Part shown: one piece after another, positions 16,838-28,305 of the stretch
Position numbering within the stretch: position 1 is the stretch's first letter
Layout of the letters: every line of letters starts with the position of its first letter
Assembly: GCF_000018105.1 (NCBI RefSeq)
Contig: NC_009925.1
Coordinates: forward strand, 2,160,001-2,192,000
Source: Acaryochloris marina MBIC11017
GTDB lineage: Bacteria; Cyanobacteriota; Cyanobacteriia; Thermosynechococcales; Thermosynechococcaceae
Reading direction: 5' to 3'
Length of the DNA stretch: 32,000 nucleotides
The notes under the pieces: model-generated
The model's database searches: none
Told to the model about the DNA's origin: nothing
Seen by the model: the letters and a program-made list of their open reading frames with translations, nothing else
Program-made: the position numbers and the translations under genes

Positions 16838-17758
16838 ATGTTCCAAAATCTAAAATTGGGCGTCAAGCTAAATCTCATTTTGCTTTCGGTTTTCTTAATT
16901 ATTGTTTTGATTAATGGTTTACTTTTATCCAATGTTTTGCAAAAGAATGCGGAGCAAGAAGTCAAGGACAAAGCATTAGTCCTGATTGAGACCATGACGT
17001 CTGTTCGGGAATATACCAGTAAACAAGTGAACCAAGGAACCATCCAAAAGCTCTCCCCTGAACTAGAGATAGATGGTCAGTTCATCAAAACAAGCGTCCC
17101 TGGCTATTCGGCTCGAGAAGTCTTTACTAACCTGCAAAAACGGGATCAGTACAGTGATTTCTTCTATAAAGAAGCAACTTTAAACCCCACCTATATCCGC
17201 GACAAAGCCGATAGATTTGAGACGGAAATCGTTGAGAGATTCCGTAGTCAGCCGGATTTGCAAGAGCAGGTCGGTTTTCGCAAAATTTCAGCCGGAGACT
17301 TGTTTTATATTGCCCGACCGTTACAGATTAAAAGTGAGAGTTGTTTAGTCTGCCACAGTACCCCCGATCGAGCCCCTGCGAGCCAAATTAAAACCTATGG
17401 AGATACCGGCGGTTTTGGTTGGGAACTCAACGAGATTGTTGGTGCTCAAATGATTTCCGTGCCGGCCAGTAAGGTATTTGCAGAAGCTCGACGATTGCAA
17501 CTGATCGTGATTGGCATTCTAGCCGCTGGATTTATCGTTGCGGCCGTTATTCTCAACCTATTCTTGAAATTCTCAATTATTACGCCCTTAACCAAAATGT
17601 CTAAGTGGTCAAGAGACGTCAGCACTGGGGCCTCGGATACTGACTTTGAGCATAAACCCAATGATGAAATTGGAGTGCTTGCAGCCTCCGTAAACCGCTT
17701 AAAGGTCAGCTTGGAAATGGCTATGAATATGCTGAAGCAGAACCCAGAAAATCCTTAA
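16838..17758 (+). CDS. Heme-c DUF3365 (Tll0287-like) periplasmic sensor domain, transmembrane helix and HAMP domain; no output domain; 306 aa
   Basis: N-terminal TM segment, CxxCH heme-attachment motif CLVCH (17342-17356), second TM segment LQLIVIGILAAGFIVAAVILNLF, then a HAMP-like segment (ITPLTKMSKWSRDVS..NDEIGVLAASVNRLKVSLEMAM). The protein stops right after HAMP. AAGGA RBS at 16824-16828. Confidence 0.75.
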   Translation: MFQNLKLGVKLNLILLSVFLIIVLINGLLLSNVLQKNAEQEVKDKALVLIETMTSVREYTSKQVNQGTIQKLSPELEIDGQFIKTSVPGYSAREVFTNLQKRDQYSDFFYKEATLNPTYIRDKADRFETEIVERFRSQPDLQEQVGFRKISAGDLFYIARPLQIKSESCLVCHSTPDRAPASQIKTYGDTGGFGWELNEIVGAQMISVPASKVFAEARRLQLIVIGILAAGFIVAAVILNLFLKFSIITPLTKMSKWSRDVSTGASDTDFEHKPNDEIGVLAASVNRLKVSLEMAMNMLKQNPENP

Positions 17759-17836
17759 GTCATCCCATCAGGCATAGCAGGTGACTAACGGAGAGCTTGA
17801 TTTGCAGCACTGTCAGTCAGCGGATCCTCACTGAAC

Positions 17837-20533
17837 TTAGAAAAAGTCTTTCGCTTTCTGGACCGCAAGGGTGAGAGCAAAAATAGCAAAGATAAAGATG
17901 CCGAAGATCCCTAAATGTTGATTGACATTGACTTTGAACGTATTGCTGAATTGCTCATTAATGCCGTTGATTAAACCTTCAGCGGCACTAATGGCACCAT
18001 TACGTTTTAAATTCCACTCCGTTAGGTCTTCTTGATACTTTTCAAGATCTTTGTTGAATTTATCAAAGGCATCTGGAGATTGAGCATCAGCCCCTGTGGG
18101 TTGTTTAGGCTGTTTGGGCTTCGGTTGATCGACAATCGGGTCATATTCTTGCTCGATGCCGGGAAACTCGCATTTTTTAAAAACGCTCTCTCCCATGCAA
18201 TCACAGCTTTTTTTCCGATCCGCTCCGATTTCATCGTATTCTTTGACCTTGCCGGAGGTCACATCTTGCCAGCAAGGATCCTCTGCTACATCAATACCGG
18301 CTTCCGACAGCGTGGAGAGGGCTTCAAACGGCCACTTCGTCAGGGATAACTGGTTGAGCACCTTTCCTGGCGGGCCAAACGTCTCAATAGGTAAAACGCC
18401 ACCCCCAAAGATAATTTGAGGAATCAGAAAAACCAACACTAAAATAGGAGCCACACTCTGATTAGGAGCCGCTGCCGATCCTAAAAGTCCCAGCAGCATC
18501 CCCGCAATCACCGACAGGGTAATGGTTAGATACATCCCCAGGAGAATGCCAGGTTCACTCGGTAAGTCCTTGACCGCAATGATTTTAAACAGCAAGAAAA
18601 CACCGCCCTGGTAGAGAGCTAGCAAAACACTCACCCATACCTTGGAAAAGACATAGGGGGCAATCTGTAAGCCAATAATTCTTTCTCGACGATAAATATC
18701 GACTTCTTTGACGATTTCGCGCATCGTCGGTAGCGCACCCACCATCACAGCAAACAGAATAGTGGTGAACAGCATCGTTAACGCCAAACTGGCATCACCA
18801 TCTTTCGTACTGAATAGGGGCTGGCTCCAGGTCACCAGATCTAGCATTCCTAAGATCGGTGCGACAGCCAGCATCAGCAAAAGGCTAACGCGATCGCGCA
18901 TTAGAATCGCAATATTCCGCTTCGATAGAATGAGGAATTGCTTCCAACTCGAAATAGTTTTGACCTGAGCGCCTGGCAATTGCTGCTTCAGGCGTTTCGC
19001 CCCTCGTTGAGTTCCTGATGCCCCTAAGGATTGTTGGCGTTGCGCCACATATTTTTGATATAAGGGCGATTGCTGATAACGCTGTTGCCATTCCTGCGGG
19101 GATAATTCATGTTCAACCTTGCTGTAAATTTGGTTGAACTTTTCTACGCCAAAGTAGCCAGGCGCTTCTTTCGGCGGACCATAGTAGGCTAAATACCCCC
19201 CTCGGGCCATAAACACCACCTGATCACACATCGTCACATTGTCGGTAGCATGGGTGATCAGCAAAATGGTGCGGCCTTGATCCGCTAACTCCCGCAACAG
19301 CTGCATCAGTTCAGCTTCGGTGCCAGGATCGAGGCCCGACGTGGCTTCATCTAAATAAAATAGGCTGGGCTTGGTCAGGAGTTCTACCCCAATGGACACC
19401 CGCTTAATTTGGCCGCCACTGAGGGACTTAATGGGGACAGAGCGCCGATGTTCCAGTCCTAAGTCTTTCAGGACTTCGCTCACCCGCATTTTTCGTTCTG
19501 CCCGGGTTGTATCATTGGGCATGCGCAATTGAGCCGCGAAGTCCAACGCTTGTTCAACGGTTAATTCCATATGGACAATGTCCCGCTGGGGAACATAGCC
19601 AATTTGATTGCGATAGGCATTGAAATTACGGTATAAATCCGTGCCGTTGACCAAAACATTGCCACTCGTCGCCGGCCGGAACCCGTTTAAAGCATCCAGT
19701 AAGGTTGATTTCCCTCCACCACTGACCCCGGCAATCACCACAAATTCCCGGGCCTGAATTGATAAGGAGATATCTTGCAGCAGGTTGAGGTCCTTATTGA
19801 TTTGCTTATTTAGACCAATGGCATCAATCCGCAGATTTCCCTCTTCATTGCTATGGAGTAGGGTCTCATTCAGATTAAAGACCAGATTGGTTGGACCCAC
19901 GCGAATCGAATCCCCGACTCGGAGAGGGTGATGGCCAACAATTTGCTTGCCATTTAGGAAGGTGCCATTGGTGGAGTTGAGGTCGAGAACAATATAAGAT
20001 CCGTCTTGCTTTTTGATTTGAGCATGGAAGCGGGAGACCGACGGATGGTTAATCTCCATGTCATTGAGCGGATCGCGACCTAAGGTGAAGGTATCACGCC
20101 CTTTTAAGTCTAAATGCCGAGATTGCGTGGGAGGAGATCCCACGCCAGCTTCAGGCACACCTGAAATCGTCGTTTTCTGGGCTGAGACAGGGACAGGAGC
20201 CTGGGCAGGAATCGGAGCAGGTGCTGCGATCGCAAGAATGATTTCATAGTTACCAATCCGAACTTGATCACCCGGCACCAGGGATCGAGGGGTATGAGGC
20301 GCTAGCTGAATACCATTAACGTAGGTACCATCAGAGCTATTAAGATCCGTGACGACATAAGCATTGCCAGAATATTTAAATTGGGCATGATGCCTAGAGA
20401 CTGACAAATCATCACTTAAAACGAGCTGATTATCTGGGGAGCGACCTAAATTGACTTCAGTTTGCGTCAGCGGAAATTCTCTAACGAGAGCTTGGTCTTT
20501 GCGGATATCAAGTTTGGCAGCAGGATTAGGCAT
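17837..20533 (-). CDS. FHA-FHA-ABC transporter fusion (two forkhead-associated domains, ABC ATPase and ABC-2/ABCG-type membrane domain)
   Basis: FHA1 VNLGRSPDNQLVL..SRHHAQF..DLNSSDGTYVNG. FHA2 FTLGRDPLNDMEI..SRFHAQI..DLNSTNGTFLNG. Walker A GVSGGGKST, signature LSGGQIKR, Walker B LFYLDEATSGLD. Six predicted TM segments follow, with a long loop before the last. The ORF-track start at 20572 is TTG; the first ATG (MPNPAAKLDI) is at 20533. Confidence 0.88.
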   Translation of the reverse strand: MPNPAAKLDIRKDQALVREFPLTQTEVNLGRSPDNQLVLSDDLSVSRHHAQFKYSGNAYVVTDLNSSDGTYVNGIQLAPHTPRSLVPGDQVRIGNYEIILAIAAPAPIPAQAPVPVSAQKTTISGVPEAGVGSPPTQSRHLDLKGRDTFTLGRDPLNDMEINHPSVSRFHAQIKKQDGSYIVLDLNSTNGTFLNGKQIVGHHPLRVGDSIRVGPTNLVFNLNETLLHSNEEGNLRIDAIGLNKQINKDLNLLQDISLSIQAREFVVIAGVSGGGKSTLLDALNGFRPATSGNVLVNGTDLYRNFNAYRNQIGYVPQRDIVHMELTVEQALDFAAQLRMPNDTTRAERKMRVSEVLKDLGLEHRRSVPIKSLSGGQIKRVSIGVELLTKPSLFYLDEATSGLDPGTEAELMQLLRELADQGRTILLITHATDNVTMCDQVVFMARGGYLAYYGPPKEAPGYFGVEKFNQIYSKVEHELSPQEWQQRYQQSPLYQKYVAQRQQSLGASGTQRGAKRLKQQLPGAQVKTISSWKQFLILSKRNIAILMRDRVSLLLMLAVAPILGMLDLVTWSQPLFSTKDGDASLALTMLFTTILFAVMVGALPTMREIVKEVDIYRRERIIGLQIAPYVFSKVWVSVLLALYQGGVFLLFKIIAVKDLPSEPGILLGMYLTITLSVIAGMLLGLLGSAAAPNQSVAPILVLVFLIPQIIFGGGVLPIETFGPPGKVLNQLSLTKWPFEALSTLSEAGIDVAEDPCWQDVTSGKVKEYDEIGADRKKSCDCMGESVFKKCEFPGIEQEYDPIVDQPKPKQPKQPTGADAQSPDAFDKFNKDLEKYQEDLTEWNLKRNGAISAAEGLINGINEQFSNTFKVNVNQHLGIFGIFIFAIFALTLAVQKAKDFF
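18890..18897. repeat. HIP1 palindrome GCGATCGC
   Basis: Exact octamer read directly from the sequence. Confidence 0.9.
20226..20233. repeat. HIP1 palindrome GCGATCGC
   Basis: Exact octamer read directly from the sequence. Confidence 0.9.
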
Positions 20534-20697
20534 TGTCAGAGTCGAGACAGCATAAATGAAATGGGCTGGCAATGGGTCGATTGTGGGCGAGGGGGCTGGG
20601 ACTACGCGTCAGGTTCCCTTTCGATCACATTCGAACATTGATCAATATTAATCCCATTAAAGTTCGAATCCTTCAAGATGGATTTATTCCGCAACAC

Positions 20698-22029
20698 TCA
20701 GGAGCGTAATCGTTGCCGAAATTCGGTCGCTTGCTCTGCAACTGGAATTTGCTGCGATAGCAATTTGACTAGCTCTTGTTCAGTCACACCAGGATACTGG
20801 GTCAGGGTGCGCTGATAAACAATCGCTGAGATAGGGCCAATAAACTCTGCCAAAACATTCTGGCACTTTTGTCCAAATTCTGGCCGAATAACCGGTTGTG
20901 AGCTCGGAACAATGGGTACTGTTGCTGACTCTGGAGCAGATGATACTGGACCTGTGGAAGAAGGCGTAGGAGGTGGCTCGATCGGCTGGCTTGTCGGCTG
21001 AGCAAAGGAAGCAGGGCCAGCTGGCTGACTCGTAGACTGCCCACTAGCAGGAATACTAGAGCCAGATGAATTAGGCTGAACAGAATTGACCGCCTGAGTG
21101 GGTTCCATCCCCATCGTTGAGTTTAAAACGGAAGCAGGGATCGATTGGCCACTACTTTCCAACACAACAAGCTGCTGCAGGACAACCTCAGCATTTGCGG
21201 GACGCTGACTCGCCACTGGCGCCATTAACCAATCTAAAAGATTGGCAAATCGTGGAGAGATATTAATAGCGGTTGAGCGCCACTCAAACTTATCCGTACT
21301 CCCATCGTAAAACTGACTGAGTTCTTTACCCGTCACCAAATAGACAAAGGTTCGACCTAGCGCAAAAAAGTCAGACTGGGGAACCGCCTGCCCATGAATT
21401 TGCTCGCGGGGGGTATAAAAGGAGGAGACCACCCGGGTTCCTCCTTGTTGGGTATTGGTCACATTCGTCACGGATCGAGCTGTACCAAAGTCAACCAAAC
21501 AGATGTTGCCATTGGCTTTCAGCATAATATTAGAGGGCTTAATGTCCCGATGCAGCACCTGCTGCTGATGGACAACCTGGAGAATTTTTAGGACTTGTTT
21601 CAGCCATTGGACCGCCAGTTTTTCATCAATGGGATGTCCCCGTTGTCGTAAATAATCTTGTAAGTCCAACCCCACGATTTTTTCCATGACCAGACAATGG
21701 AGGGGCTCTTTCCAATTGCGAGGATAAAACGTGAAGTAAGAGTTGGGCTCAACTTTAGGAATGCCAGGATGATTGAGTTGGCTCAGCAAATTAGCCTCAC
21801 GCTGAAACAACTCGACATGCTTGGGATAATTGTCAGTCAGTATTTTGAGGATCTTAGGGCTACTCTCTAAATCACTCACTTCATAGGTTTTGCCAAATCC
21901 GCCTTGACCTCGTAGACTAATGACTCGATAACGTCCTTCTAGCAACAGTTCTGAACCACAACTCGCACAGAACAGATGGTCATCTGAGCTTTGTGGATCG
22001 GCACAACTAGGATTGATGCAGAGACTCAT
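20698..22029 (-). CDS. Hanks-type Ser/Thr protein kinase with N-terminal zinc ribbon, Pro/Ser-rich linker and small C-terminal domain, 443 aa
   Basis: CINPSC..CASCG zinc ribbon. Glycine loop GQGGFGKTY, catalytic loop HRDIKPSNIML, DFGTAR, and a Thr-rich activation loop ending TPRE. It lies upstream of, and is co-oriented with, the FHA-ABC gene. Confidence 0.9.
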   Translation of the reverse strand: MSLCINPSCADPQSSDDHLFCASCGSELLLEGRYRVISLRGQGGFGKTYEVSDLESSPKILKILTDNYPKHVELFQREANLLSQLNHPGIPKVEPNSYFTFYPRNWKEPLHCLVMEKIVGLDLQDYLRQRGHPIDEKLAVQWLKQVLKILQVVHQQQVLHRDIKPSNIMLKANGNICLVDFGTARSVTNVTNTQQGGTRVVSSFYTPREQIHGQAVPQSDFFALGRTFVYLVTGKELSQFYDGSTDKFEWRSTAINISPRFANLLDWLMAPVASQRPANAEVVLQQLVVLESSGQSIPASVLNSTMGMEPTQAVNSVQPNSSGSSIPASGQSTSQPAGPASFAQPTSQPIEPPPTPSSTGPVSSAPESATVPIVPSSQPVIRPEFGQKCQNVLAEFIGPISAIVYQRTLTQYPGVTEQELVKLLSQQIPVAEQATEFRQRLRS

Positions 22030-22995
22030 GCGAGGGTAATTAACCGAATGGGAGTAAAACAGCAGCGGTCAGACTGAAGGATTTCAGTCATGATTTGCGA
22101 CGGTGTCAGGATAGTATTTTGCCCAGTCGTAGGCAGCAGGACTTTAGGGTGAGGCCCATGCTATGTAGGTTCAGTGCCTTCATCTATAGAGGTATAACAT
22201 CAAGGTAAACCCCTGAGGAATCACGTTTAGAAGACAGGTTGCCTCATCAACGATTTCTTTACCCCCTATAGAAATATCAACAGATTTCAAGATCTTTATG
22301 CAAGGTCAAGAAAACATATTTGAAGGTTACCCACATTCACAACATTTATTTGCGGCGAATGGGGTCGGAACAAAAATGTGACACCGCAACTTTCTAGTTT
22401 TAGTGTATGGGGCCAAGGACGCCACGAAAATGATCTCCGTCATCCCTACATCTTTCTTATGATCAATAGTGGCTTGTGATCTAGCGCAAGATTATATCGT
22501 GTCAGGATTCTACGGATATCTTATAGGTCTTGAGTTTGGAACCAGCGCCTTTCGGTCACGCAACGCCCTGATCAAAAACACTGTAAAGTGCCTATGCAGA
22601 GAAAACTAGCTTTCTAGGATATTTTGTAAGCGAATAGTTGTAGTTTCTTATCCTTGCTTCAAACAATCTAGATCAGACATATAAGTCGCGATTTCACCTT
22701 GGCCAATGAAATTATGTTTATGCTGGAGAAATCAGACAGATCTCTAAATCTTCTGATTCAATCCTCACAACACCATAAAGCAATGAGCTAAAACAATTCC
22801 CGCTCTGACAAAAAAGACATATGTTAGGCTTCTGTCTTAAAACTTAATACCCAATTCTGTCTGATCACCAAGGTAACGCACTGGAGAGAAACGGTGTCGT
22901 TTAGCTCAGCATGATCCTAAAGACAGCGATTAAAATATATCTCTGGACGATTATTTCAACGATATACTTGCATTCTGACCCTCATATTCAAATGA

Positions 22996-25799
<2,804 letters not shown>

Positions 25800-25945
25800 A
25801 ATGAGTCCATAGGATAATATGCGTCTAACGTCCAGTATTGCACTCTGTCATCCCCCATTTAGGAGCCTTCTAGCCTATCGATCCGAGGAGATTTCAAAGA
25901 ACCGTTAGAATCAGAGGGAGATCAGATTAATTCAGGGCCACATCT

Positions 25946-27853
25946 ATGACGTCCCCCCAGGCAGTTGAATTTTTGGATGAGTTTGAAGTGATTGTCGTCG
26001 GGGCAGGCCATGCCGGGTGTGAAGCTGCGTTAGCCTCTGCTCGCATGGGCTGCAGTACCCTATTGCTCACCCTCAATCTCGACAAAATTGCTTGGCAACC
26101 CTGCAATCCTGCGGTGGGAGCCCCCGCCAAATCTCAGCTCACCCATGAAGTCGATGCCCTGGGCGGCGAAATTGGCAAAATGGCGGATCGCACCTATTTG
26201 CAAAAGCGTCTGCTCAACCATTCCCGGGGTCCTGCCGTTTGGGCCTTACGGGCTCAGACCGACAAACGCGAATATGCGGCAGTGATGAAAACCATCGTCG
26301 AGAACCAGGGCAATCTGACCGTGCGGGAAGGTATGGTCACGGATTTAGTCCTGGGAGACAATGATGAGGTCGTTGGAGTCCAGACCTATTTTGGCGTCGC
26401 CTTTCGCTGCCAGGCCGTTATTCTGACCACAGGCACCTTTTTAGGGGGACGCATTTGGGTGGGAGATAAATCCATGCCCGCTGGACGAGCCGGAGAGTTT
26501 GCGGCGGAGGGGCTGACCGAAACCCTCAATCAATTGGGGTTTGAAACGGGACGATTGAAAACTGGGACACCTGCTCGGGTCGACAAGCGGTCTGCGGACT
26601 TTAGTGTGATGGAACCTCAGCCCCCGGATCAGCAGGTGCGTTGGTTTAGTTTTGATCCTGCAGTTTGGATTGAGCGGGAGCAGATGAACTGTTATATCAC
26701 CCGCACTACCCCGGAAACCCACCAGTTGATTCAGGACAATTTACATCTATCCCCCGTCTATGGCGGCTGGGTCGATGCCAAAGGCCCGCGCTACTGTCCC
26801 AGTATTGAAGACAAAATCGTGCGGTTTGCCGATAAGGCTAGCCATCAGATTTTTATTGAGCCAGAAGGCCGCGATATCCCTGAACTCTATATTCAGGGAT
26901 TCTCCACGGGTCTACCCGAGGCATTGCAGTTACGGATGTTGAGATCGCTGCCCGGTCTCGAACACTGTGCCATGCTCCGCCCAGCCTACGCCGTGGAATA
27001 TGATTATCTACCTGCAACCCAGTGTTATCCCACCTTAATGACCAAACGGATCGAGGGTCTCTTCTGTGCGGGACAAATTAATGGCACCACCGGCTATGAA
27101 GAAGCGGCGGCTCAGGGGATTGTTGCCGGTATCAATGCTGCCCGCAGGGTGAACCAGCAGGAAATGCTCATTTTCCCCCGAGCGGAAAGCTATATTGGTA
27201 CGCTCATCGACGACCTGTGCACAAAAGACCTACGAGAGCCCTATCGGATGTTGACCGGCCGATCTGAATATCGATTGCTGTTGCGATCGGACAATGCCGA
27301 TCAGCGATTGACCCCCTTGGGGCGAGAAGTCGGTCTGATTGATGATCGACGCTGGCACTTATTTACCCGTAAGCAGGCCACCATCACCGCTGAGAAAGAA
27401 CGACTTCATGCCACCCGGCTAAAAGAGCGAGATCCCGCCGCCCAAGCGATTGTCCAAACAACAGGTGAAAAAATTAAAGGGTCGATCACCTTATCTGATC
27501 TGCTGCGTCGGCCCAAGTTCCATTACTGCGACCTTCAGCAACACGGCTTAGGCATCGAGACCCTGGAGCGCTCTGAACGGGAAAGCGTTGAAATTGAAAT
27601 TAAGTATGCAGGGTATATCCAGCGCCAACAGCGCCAGATTGAGCAGGTTAGTCGGCAAGAACAGCGCAAACTACCTGAAAACATAGATTATGCCAGCATT
27701 GAGACGTTATCCATGGAAGCCCGGGAGAAATTGGCAAAAGTGCGGCCCCTAACGGTAGGACAGGCATCTCGCATTGGTGGTGTCAACCCTTCAGATATCA
27801 ATGCTTTGCTGTTTTATCTCGAAACATTAGCTCGCTTGTCCCCAGTCAGCTAA
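25946..27853 (+). CDS. mnmG: tRNA uridine 5-carboxymethylaminomethyl modification enzyme MnmG (GidA), 635 aa
   Basis: [26 protein letters not shown] motif, [57 protein letters not shown]. Confidence 0.97.
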   Translation: MTSPQAVEFLDEFEVIVVGAGHAGCEAALASARMGCSTLLLTLNLDKIAWQPCNPAVGAPAKSQLTHEVDALGGEIGKMADRTYLQKRLLNHSRGPAVWALRAQTDKREYAAVMKTIVENQGNLTVREGMVTDLVLGDNDEVVGVQTYFGVAFRCQAVILTTGTFLGGRIWVGDKSMPAGRAGEFAAEGLTETLNQLGFETGRLKTGTPARVDKRSADFSVMEPQPPDQQVRWFSFDPAVWIEREQMNCYITRTTPETHQLIQDNLHLSPVYGGWVDAKGPRYCPSIEDKIVRFADKASHQIFIEPEGRDIPELYIQGFSTGLPEALQLRMLRSLPGLEHCAMLRPAYAVEYDYLPATQCYPTLMTKRIEGLFCAGQINGTTGYEEAAAQGIVAGINAARRVNQQEMLIFPRAESYIGTLIDDLCTKDLREPYRMLTGRSEYRLLLRSDNADQRLTPLGREVGLIDDRRWHLFTRKQATITAEKERLHATRLKERDPAAQAIVQTTGEKIKGSITLSDLLRRPKFHYCDLQQHGLGIETLERSERESVEIEIKYAGYIQRQQRQIEQVSRQEQRKLPENIDYASIETLSMEAREKLAKVRPLTVGQASRIGGVNPSDINALLFYLETLARLSPVS

Positions 27854-27898
27854 AAGCCTGTGATACGATGTTAAAGTCTTGTTGGCTTTGGTCAACGA

Positions 27899-27972
27899 CG
27901 GGATGTAGCGCAGTTTGGTAGCGCGCCTGCTTTGGGAGCAGGATGTCGCAGGTTCGAATCCTGTCATCCCGA
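27899..27972 (+). tRNA. tRNA-Pro (anticodon UGG)
   Basis: Manual cloverleaf. Acceptor CGGGATG/CATCCCG; D-arm GCGC-agtttggta-GCGC; anticodon stem CCTGC/GCAGG with loop tTTGGGa (anticodon TGG); variable loop atgtc; T-arm GCAGG-ttcgaat-CCTGT; discriminator A. CCA is not encoded. Confidence 0.9.
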
Positions 27973-28305
27973 TTTAATCTTAAGAGCTAACGCAAAAAAG
28001 TCACTGAGAGTGAGGGTGATCACCGCAACTCTGAACTATCATGACTTTACTAGTTAATGTGATGAAAAAAGCCGATCTAGGCTGTCATCCGACCTATCGC
28101 CTGAGCACAAATTCTTTAGGAGTCTACATTGCCACAAGCATCAGCAATATAGATTAATCTATGCTGTCAGTTAACGCTTCTGGGTATCCATAGATCTTCC
28201 CAAAACTGAGTCTGGTTACCCCTGCAATCTTGAACTGTTTTTAGTGTACAAATCAGTAATAAATGTGATTCATACTCATTAACTGGCTCTCCCCAATCAT
28301 CTCAT

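Noticed and set aside
27973-28305. Short ORF (about 38 aa, MTLLVNVMKKADLGCHPTYRLS...) and small palindromes (GGTGATCACC, TCACTgagAGTGA) in the spacer after tRNA-Pro
   Set aside because: There is no RBS and no recognisable peptide features, and the palindromes are short. The evidence is insufficient to call a gene, an att site or a terminator.
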